The position numbers and the translations under genes are program-made. The notes beneath the pieces were generated by a model. That model ran no database searches. It was not told where the DNA came from and saw only the letters and a list, made by a program, of their open reading frames with translations. A stretch of DNA of 63,467 nucleotides, the filler included, from Octopus bimaculoides (taxonomy: Eukaryota): NCBI RefSeq assembly GCF_001194135.2. It is 5 parts of 5 records of this genome, joined end to end, with 100 filler letters (N's around TTAATTAATTAA, not from the genome) between each part and the next. Parts side by side here need not be neighbours in the genome. Positions count along the whole stretch, not along the records: positions 40,735 to 63,467 come from NC_069003.1; 4 more parts are not named here. One strand, given 5' to 3'. The first letter of the stretch is position 1. Each line of letters begins with the position of its first letter. Below, piece after piece: positions 54,261-63,467 of this stretch.

Positions 54261-54316
54261 CAATACCCGTCTCTCTTTTTCTCTCTTTCTCTCTATTTCT
54301 CTCTCATTCTATCTAT

Positions 54317-54348
<32 letters not shown>

Positions 54349-54359
54349 TTGTTTGCCTG

Positions 54360-54394
<35 letters not shown>

Positions 54395-54417
54395 GTCTGT
54401 CTCTTTCTCTCTCTCTA

Positions 54418-54451
<34 letters not shown>

Positions 54452-54599
54452 CACATATATATATATGTATACGCATATATATATACATACACACACAAGC
54501 ACACACACACAATAACACACATGCACAAACATATGTGTGTGTGTATGTGCGTGTGCTTGTATGTGTTTGCTTGTGTTTGTGTGTGTATGTATATAAATA

Positions 54600-54652
<53 letters not shown>

Positions 54653-55489
54653 GTGTATATATACACATATATGCTCAAAAGTATGTGTACGTATGCACAC
54701 ATACGCATATGATTATATTTGTATGCTGTGTCTATATTCCAATTAATTAATAGGCACGGTCATGAATGGACGCTATGTAAATAGCTTCAGCTCCCCATCT
54801 CATCACGCTCACATTAGCAACATGTTGTGCTCATTACTGTAACTCAACAAGCGCAGATGAGTCAGCGTTTCCTGGCGATAGATTCCTGACGAAGGCATAA
54901 TGATAGGAACTGCTAATCGTCCCTATATCGGCACCCAACCACTGGTGGCCTGTGGCTTGACAACTGGGCTGGTGTTTTCTAGCCAGCGTGGCTACAAACA
55001 CTTTTAACATACGAAATTAATGTTTCCTTCAACTTAATTCTGTCTGTGCAAAATATATGCATACATACATACGTGTGTGTGTGTGTGTGTGTGTGTGCAA
55101 ACGAGTAAGCACACAAATACAAAACAAAGTGGAAAAATTAGCACTCGAAAAGCGAAGGTAGAGTAATATGCTTTTTTTTTTTTTGTTATGAAAGCTGCAA
55201 AAGCATGAAAGAATATCCGCTACTCAGAGTTTCCCGTTCACCGGGCAGTTGTGGTCAAGAATGATCATATACATATGTTCTTGTTCATAACTGCCCGACA
55301 GACGAGAATGTGAAACTCTGAGTAGCAGTTTTTGCGAAGGTTTTGCAGCTTTAATAAACAAGTGTATATATATATGTGTGTGTGTGTGTGTATGTGTTTG
55401 CATGTTCATGTTTTCTCTTTTTCTAACTTCGACCGGCCACCTACTTAGCAGCAAAGTTGTGAAGGAATGCATTTATTTTTTTATTTTGT

Positions 55490-56095
55490 TTTTTTTTTAT
55501 TTACTTATTTTATTTAATATTTTTTGTTCATTATCCTTCACACTCGAAGAAATCTTCCTGGATTTGATAGTCCCAAATATCGTGATTATTTGTAGCCTAT
55601 GAATTAAGTATTTGCGTTCTCTTCGCAAGAACCCAAATACAGCCAAACTCTGCTGCGCGTGGATCGGTTGCTCTAGATAATAATAAGTCTGAAGCTTAAA
55701 ATGTATCTTGGGTACTGGGTTTTCAAACTCTTTATTTATTGTCCATAGATCTTCACTTTCCATTTTCCAAACCAAATTAGTGTCCCAAGTGCAACTGATT
55801 TCCACATCTTTTCCATGTGACACCACGCAACAGTATCTGGTCGCTTGTGTCTCAACTAGATGGCTGTTAAAATTTTTACGTTCCATCAATATTTTTTTGA
55901 CCCATCTGTCTGAATATAGTCAACTTTGTCGGTGTTTTCTTTTTTATCCTGTTCCAGACAGATCCGCCCACAGCATCATGCCTCATGGGAAGAAAATAAT
56001 ATCAGGAAGACATTTTCTCGCAGTCGGCAATAATGTGGTTCATGTCTTCAGTGTTGGTCTTGCACAGCCGGCATTTGTTGTCTGTTAACGTTTTC
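55490..56095 (-). mobile_element. R4-clade retrotransposon fragment (CCHC zinc knuckle plus RLE remnant)
   Basis: The minus strand reads DNKCRLCKTNTEDMNHIIADCEKM..RHDAV, then VEISCTWDTNL and LQIITIFGTIK. Confidence 0.7.
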
Positions 56096-56524
56096 TGCCT
56101 CTCAGCGTTGTATGAATTACTTTAGCACGCGATCGGATAACAGAACAAGGATAAAATAATAATAACACTAATAATAATAATAATCATAATAATAACAATA
56201 TTAATAATAATAATAATGATGATAAAATACTATGATGCAGTACCAGGCATTGGCTCTCATGGCTTCTGATCTTAACTGATTGTAAAAGTTATCATGTACA
56301 TTGTTTTGCCTTTGTATGAAAGACAGGCTACAGCAAATATTCTGCTCAATACCACATATTTCCTTGTCAGTTGTTTGACCTTAACCAGTTGAGCATATTC
56401 CTTGGTGGCTGACAATATGTACATCTCTGATCACGAGCAGAAGTAGTGGGGGAGCATCATAGCCACGTGTCGAGAAGAATTCTTTGACGTTTCGATAATT
56501 CACCTTGGGCAAGTGCCTTCTACT

Positions 56525-56556
<32 letters not shown>

Positions 56557-58744
56557 ATTTATACATTTATGTGTGTCTTTGTGGCTGTGTTTGTCCACAC
56601 CCCACCATCTCTTAATAACCGACAGACCGATAGAATAATTACTAGGTTTACAAAGAATAAGACCAGTGGTCGATTTGTTCGATTTAAAGAAAACACCTTT
56701 AAGACCTTNNNNNNNNNNNNNNNNNNNNNNNNNNNNNNNNNNNNNNNNNNNNNNNNNNNNNNNNNNNNNNNNNNNNNNNNNNNNNNNNNNNNNNNNNNNN
56801 NNNNNNNNNNNNNNNNNNNNNNNNNNNNNNNNNNNNNNNNNNNNNNNNNNNNNNNNNNNNNNNNNNNNNNNNNNNNNNNNNNNNNNNNNNNNNNNNNNNN
56901 NNNNNNNNNNNNNNNNNNNNNNNNNNNNNNNNNNNNNNNNNNNNNNNNNNNNNNNNNNNNNNNNNNNNNNNNNNNNNNNNNNNNNNNNNNNNNNNNNNNN
57001 NNNNNNNNNNNNNNNNNNNNNNNNNNNNNNNNNNNNNNNNNNNNNNNNNNNNNNNNNNNNNNNNNNNNNNNNNNNNNNNNNNNNNNNNNNNNNNNNNNNN
57101 NNNNNNNNNNNNNNNNNNNNNNNNNNNNNNNNNNNNNNNNNNNNNNNNNNNNNNNNNNNNNNNNNNNNNNNNNNNNNNNNNNNNNNNNNNNNNNNNNNNN
57201 NNNNNNNNNNNNNNNNNNNNNNNNNNNNNNNNNNNNNNNNNNNNNNNNNNNNNNNNNNNNNNNNNNNNNNNNNNNNNNNNNNNNNNNNNNNNNNNNNNNN
57301 NNNNNNNNNNNNNNNNNNNNNNNNNNNNNNNNNNNNNNNNNNNNNNNNNNNNNNNNNNNNNNNNNNNNNNNNNNNNNNNNNNNNNNNNNNNNNNNNNNNN
57401 NNNNNNNNNNNNNNNNNNNNNNNNNNNNNNNNNNNNNNNNNNNNNNNNNNNNNNNNNNNNNNNNNNNNNNNNNNNNNNNNNNNNNNNNNNNNNNNNNNNN
57501 NNNNNNNNNNNNNNNNNNNNNNNNNNNNNNNNNNNNNNNNNNNNNNNNNNNNNNNNNNNNNNNNNNNNNNNNNNNNNNNNNNNNNNNNNNNNNNNNNNNN
57601 NNNNNNNNNNNNNNNNNNNNNNNNNNNNNNNNNNNNNNNNNNNNNNNNNNNNNNNNNNNNNNNNNNNNATATATATATATATATATATATGTATGCACGT
57701 CCTTTTTAGCATCTAAGTAGTCTGCATGCTGGTCTTCTCTCCGCGTATAAATTTTATAGACTTTTATATTATGAACAGATATATACATATACCCACACAG
57801 ACATGCGTATATATATATATATATATATATATACGTGTGTGTATGTGTATGTATATGGGTGTATATTTGTGTGTGTGTGCGCGCATGTTATGTGTGTGTG
57901 CGTGTCTGTGTGTGTATATCAACTAGATGTATTAACAGTTCAGAAAAGTTTTCAGATTTGGGAGAAAATCTTGCAATAAAATTGCTAAACAAGTACGTTT
58001 TTCGTCAGATTGATGTTTCGGTTGTGTGGTCATCCATCTGTTTGGATTAAGAATGCCTTACTCTTAACTAAGTTTGTGAGCTGTGTAAATTATGATCACT
58101 GTATTTTCAATTGTTCACAATACTCTTGATGTTAACCGTCGAACAAACGCACAATGAACAGCATGCATTTGATTACATATAAAGCTTTATCCCCTGAAGA
58201 TATATATTTTTTATACATCTCTCTCATTTCTCCACCAAGAAAGCATCAAGTAGCTGCATAAGACCTTCAATATAGTCTTTCAAAATGTCTTTGTACTTAC
58301 AAGATATCTCATTCCGAATTGACGCTTGGAAAATAACACTACACTTTCGAAATATATTTGGTATTTAAAAGACAATGTAAAGGGAGAGGTCAAGCGTTCA
58401 GAAAACATTTGAAAATTTTGAAAATTCTGTCGCACAATGGAATTCCCCATTATTTCGGGCATCAGCCTTATCCGAAAGAAGAAAAGCTATTCAATTTCGA
58501 CCTTCCACCAATCTTCTCAAAATCTTTCTCAGTTAATTCAAAATGTCCCCTCCAGATTCACAGATGCATGGTAAATTAAAGCTGAATTTAACGATCACGT
58601 GATGCACTGATCATCTTATGTATCGTCTATGGTGTGAATAATTGTTTGAAAAACTGCATGGGCGGCATTGTGGTTTTATAATGTAATCTTTGTTCGCAAC
58701 ATCCACAACGAAACATAAAATTATGTTTAAACTAATATCCTTCT

Positions 58745-59100
58745 TAAACCATCATCGTCTGGTCGAGCTTTCTCGGACGTTTTTAAGCCGCATACGCAAT
58801 CCATCTTGTTCTTGTATCAGTTGAGGATGGTTTTCAGGGCGACAACAAGAATCACTGGTGAGTTGAACTACATAAGTTGTGTTCAGATGACCTGCTTCAG
58901 TGCGGGCCATGCTTTGGCATCCATACCAGCATGTCACTTCCCAACTGTTGTTTAGCTTGCCAGTAATGTCCTGCAAATAGTAAGCACTTCATTATGCGTA
59001 AAGGAATTTTGCAATGTCACATGCTCTGTATTAAGTTGTAAAAATGCCTCTACCGAGAGATAAAACATGGATATGCGGTCCCTGAAGATTTGTCTCACGG
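58745..59100 (-). mobile_element. RTE-clade LINE 3' end fragment
   Basis: FAGHYWQAKQQLGSDMLVWMPKHG..YVVQLTSDSCC..QDGLRMRLKNVRESSTR matches the RTE C-terminal pattern FAGHC.R..LLW.P.HG. Confidence 0.7.
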
Positions 59101-59399
59101 TTCTGCGCACAAAGAGATGGTGAAAGTATTTGTTTATATTTGTCAAATGTATTTAATTAATTCCTCCAGCATCGGCCAAGGCATGTACAACGTAATAAAG
59201 AACGTAGTGTACATTATAGTACCTTTGCAAAGTATGTGCGTGTACGCGTGTATTTCTAACTGTGTGTTTGTGAACGCGTCCATACCTGTCTGTGAATCTG
59301 TGTGTGTGGGGGGGGGGGGGTGCCCTTCATCTGTAATTCTACATGCTGTGATTCTTTCTCCAGCGACTACTTGGTGTGTTGAGGAACCAGCCCAGGCTC

Positions 59400-59660
59400 C
59401 GCTACTCGCCAGGCCGAGAAGGGTAAACTGTCAAAGTATCGATCGCTCTCTGACATGTATGTGGTCGATCGAGTCGGTGACAGTGGCGACATCCGGCGTT
59501 CTCGACTCCGCGACCACATACCAGCTCGCGGTTATCGGGACGGAGATAGCTATCCGCAAGTGTGAGGCCTGTAAGTCAGAACAACTGTTTCAGCGCATCT
59601 CTCTCGCTATATTCGGGGCAACGCCTTTTGCATTTTGTCCGCTGCGTTCTGAGATATATC
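59400..59660 (+). mobile_element. Possible CRE-like non-LTR retrotransposon C-terminal remnant
   Basis: ..IGTEIAIR..LFQRISLAI then, after a frameshift, RGNAFCIL. This resembles the FQRLS.A.QRGNA terminus of CRE-type RLE elements. Confidence 0.5.
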
Positions 59661-59859
59661 TTTGCTGTGAGGAAGAGGAAAGAAATGACGATTAAGGTAG
59701 GGCACTTCAACTTTAGAAAACTATTTCATTAAGCATTATCAGAGAAATGCATGTCTTACAGGTAAAATTTAAAAAACGTTACTTTCTCGAGGTACACCGA
59801 GTCAAAAGGACCGGTTTCCATGCTTTATATATTCCCCCACCTGAACGGAACACCGATCC

Positions 59860-60012
59860 GTCACAGGGTTCCTCATTTTTGCAAGCTGAGTGGACTAGAG
59901 CAACATTAAATAAAGTGTTTTGCTCAAGAACACAACGCGTCGCCCGGGCCAGGAATCGAAACCACAATCTTACGATCATGAGTCCAATACCCTAACCACT
60001 AAGCCACGCTCC
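59860..60012 (-). mobile_element. tRNA-derived SINE head (family D)
   Basis: The minus strand reads GCGTGGCTTAGTGGTTAGGGTATTGGACTCATGATC..GGTTTCGATTCCTGGCCC with A/B boxes, then GTTGTGTTCTTGAGCAAAACACTT. Confidence 0.8.
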
Positions 60013-60079
60013 TCCAAAATTCTACCGGTAGATTCTACCAAACACTGAAACCACTGGCGCCATCCAGTACAGATATTGT

Positions 60080-60512
60080 TTAAGGCAGCGAGCTTGCTGA
60101 CTTGTTAGGGCGCCGGGCAAAAGACTTGGCGTCTGTTTGTGCGGATTTGCGTTTTGAGTTCAAATTCCGCTGAGGGCGGCTCTGCCTTTCAACCTTCCGA
60201 GTCTATAAAATAAGTACCAATTGAGTACTGGGGGTCAATGAGAACGATTAGCACCCTGACCCCAAAGTATCAAGCCTTGTGACAATTGCAGAAAGGCTTA
60301 TTTGGGCGGCAGAATCGTTAGCACACCGGGCAAAATGCCGCTAGGCATTTTGTACGTGTATACGTTCTGAGTTCAAATTCCGCCAAGGTCAGCTTTACCT
60401 TTCATCCTTTTCGGGGCCATTCGAACAAATATCAATTGAGCCCTGGAACTGATGTAACCGGTTTACCTCTTCTCCCGAATTCCTGGCTCTGTGCCAAATT
60501 TTGAAACCATTA
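60080..60512 (+). mobile_element. Two tandem SINE family A copies
   Basis: Heads at about 60080 and 60300, each with GAGTTCAAATTCCGC. Confidence 0.8.
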
Positions 60513-61526
60513 TGAGACAAACGCAAAACAAATAAACAGAACGACCGCAGCTGATGTGAAATAATTTAGAAATTATAAACTTGAAGAAATCTTTCCCATT
60601 TCTTGTTGCCGTCTTCGAGATTTGCGCTGTAAGTACATATGCAACAATGTACATAATGCGCATATATTTTTCGCAAGTAAATCATCCTCGTCTTCCGTTG
60701 TTTATATAAACGTCTCAAATATGGAGACGCTGTAACCATGGTTACTATGGAGACAGCATATATAAAGCTTTGTTTCTTTTTCAACTTTTATATTCCATTC
60801 AATTCTTTTCTACCCTACATCTCCCACCCGGCTTTTCCACCCTCTTTCTTTCTATTTATTTTAATGATTTACATAATATTTCCTTCCTTCGCTTATTCCT
60901 TCGTGTGCGTATTTTTTCTTTCATTTTGTTTCTTTGCTTTTTCCTGCATTTTCTCTTCTTTTCTTATTTTTTTCCAGGCTTCGAATTTGTAAATATTTGT
61001 CTGCTGTTTGCCTTTTGTTTTCTCTTCATTTAATTTCGTTCTTTTTTTATTATTATCTATTATTTTCTTTTAATTCTATATCCTCCATCTCTCTCACCCT
61101 TTTCTTCTTCATATTTTTTCTTCTTCCCCTTTCTCTCTCTCTCACCATCTGACACCATTTCTCTCTTTCCTTCTCTCTCCGTCTCCCTTTCGCTCTTCTT
61201 CTTCTTCTCTCTCTTCCTGTCTTTCAGCCATGTCTGTCTGGCTGTCACAGTTATCTAACTGTAGGCAAATTGTTAAAGCCTGTGCAATGCTTATGTTAAA
61301 CGTTTCGCTAATCTTAATGCCTCAGATAAGCCGAGGGTGTATGGCTTTCGTTGGTGATATAATGCAACTATGTAGCATGTATTCTCACATATATACACAT
61401 GCACATGCAAGATGCATCGACTGCATGCACAGATAAATGGATATATATATGTATATATATATATACATACACAAACGTACATATAAATACATACATATAT
61501 ACACACACAAATACACATATAAATAC

Positions 61527-61572
<46 letters not shown>

Positions 61573-61840
61573 NNNNNNNNNNATATATATATATATATAT
61601 ACACACACGCACACATATGCACATGTATTTAACTTTATGATTATGCAATTGTATGCATTGTGTACATACAAATGCAATATTAAGCACAAATTACAGGTGT
61701 TTGAGTGTATGTGTGTGTGCATATATATATATATGTGTGTATATGTACATATCTATGTGTGTGTGGAAGGAGATGGGTGGGCAGGATGGGAAAGAGAAAG
61801 GTAGGGTCGAATAACAGAAATACGAAGAGTAAAACATGAA

Positions 61841-61883
<43 letters not shown>

Positions 61884-62429
61884 CGCACATGTGTGTGTCT
61901 CACCCGTGTCTCTTTAAATTTCCATCTGTCTGAGCCTGAGAAATGCTTTATCTATGGAAGTATATGATGTCTCTTCATTTATAAGCTTGAGGTTACGATT
62001 GCTGACAGAAACTCTAATATCGTGTGACTTTTATACATTCTTTTTTCAAAATATCTAACTGCCGCTCTATTTACCTACCTATCTATCTATATATATATCT
62101 GTCTACCTACCAGTCTATCTATCTATCTATCCATCCATCCATCATCTATCTATCTATCTATCTATCGCTCCATATACCTACGTATATATCTATTTATCCA
62201 TCCATCATCTCTATCTATCTAACTATCCATCCGTCTATTTATCAATCTATCTGTTTGTCTACCTACCTGTCTATCTATCTATCTATCTATCTGTCTGTCT
62301 GTCTGTCTGTCTATTTATTTAACCAGTTATATATCTGTCTATCTATCTGACTTGCCTCTGTCAATCTATCTGTATATCTACCTGTCTGTCTATCTATCTA
62401 TCTATCTATCTATTTATTTATTTAACCAT

Positions 62430-62705
62430 CCTTCTATCTAGCTATCACTCTCAGTATTTGTTTATTTAACCAACTTGGATGGATGGATGGACAAACCGAC
62501 GCATGGATGCATAAACGGACGCACGGACAGATGGATGGATGGATCGATGAGTGGATAGGTCGATAGATGTTCGATGGACGGACTGATGGATGGATCGATG
62601 AATGAATGAGTGATTGATCGATAAATGGGTCGATGGATGAATGGATCGATAGACCGATGGATCGATCGATGAAACGATGGATCGGTAGATAGTTGGATGG
62701 ACGGC
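62430..62705. repeat. Degenerate (GATG/GATC/GATA)n tract
   Basis: Read directly from the sequence. Confidence 0.8.
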
Positions 62706-62837
62706 TATATGTGTGTAGTAACCAAACGAAGGATAGCTGGCCGAAAACTTCGAAGTCACTATCATTCGTCGTGTAGCAAAGTCTAAATACCATGTCCGGA
62801 AACAAGAATAGGGAGTAATTCTCTTGTGAAATGTTAA

Positions 62838-63467
62838 ATTGTTAGCTTGCTTACCAAACACATGGTTTCGGGTTCAGTTCCACTGCGTGGCATCTTGGGC
62901 AAGTGTTTCTACTGTAGCCTCGAGCCAACTAAAGCCTTGTGAGTGGATCTGGTAGACGGAAACTGAAAGAAGCCCGTTGTGCATATATATGTATGTATGC
63001 GTGTGTATATGTTTGTGAGTCTATATTTGTCCTCCCACCGTCGCTTGATAACCGATGTTGGTGTGTTCCCGTCCCCGTAACTTAGTGGTCCGGCTAAAGA
63101 GACCGATAGAATAAGTACTAGGCTTCCAAAGAATAAGTCCTGCAGTCGGTTTGTTCGACTAAAGGCGGTGCTCCAGTATGACCGCAGTCAAATAACTGAA
63201 ACAAGTAAAATAATAAAAGAACAAAAGAAATTGACAAACATTAAAAGCAAAAACAATTCTTTATTGATATTCTTTTATTCTTATATTCTTTTACATGGTT
63301 CAGTCGTTTGGATGCGACCAGACTGGAGCACCGCCTTGAAGAAATTTAGGTGAACGAATCGACCATAGTAGAGATATTTTAAAGCCTGGTACTTATTCTG
63401 TTTCTTATGGCGAACTGCTAGATTACGGGGACGTAAACAAACTGACACCGGCTATCCAGCGGTGGTG
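62838..63467. mobile_element. Tail-to-tail SINE family B pair: plus copy 62838-63210, minus copy 63295-63467
   Basis: AAGGCGGTGCTCCAG on the plus strand at about 63162 and CTGGAGCACCGCCTT at about 63323. Confidence 0.85.

Noticed and set aside
61195-61300. Pyrimidine tract plus CAG as a terminal-exon acceptor
   Set aside because: The tract is a CT microsatellite and the peptide PCLSGCHSYL.. has no support.

Overview
Repeat-dense, gapped eukaryotic genomic DNA, most likely from an octopus. This attribution is an inference from the SINE families, the extreme microsatellite density and the gap style. The only host coding sequence I can support is two + strand exons of a non-NMDA (AMPA-like) ionotropic glutamate receptor: the end of S2, homologous to the vertebrate flip/flop exon (8539-8650), and the M4 exon (11019-11156). 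No upstream or C-terminal exon is visible. The rest is intron or intergenic DNA filled with decayed retroelements (RTE, Penelope-like, R4/Dong-like, CRE-like, CR1-like), four tRNA-derived SINE families, mariner-derived MITEs and satellites. The most notable unexplained structure is a set of hammerhead ribozyme motifs. One has a fully intact type I core, sense to the receptor gene (42006-42084). One is near-intact behind a Penelope GIY-YIG fragment (3589-3682), and two are decayed (13160-13194, 10644-10799). Several closely spaced inverted repeat pairs could form dsRNA ADAR substrates.
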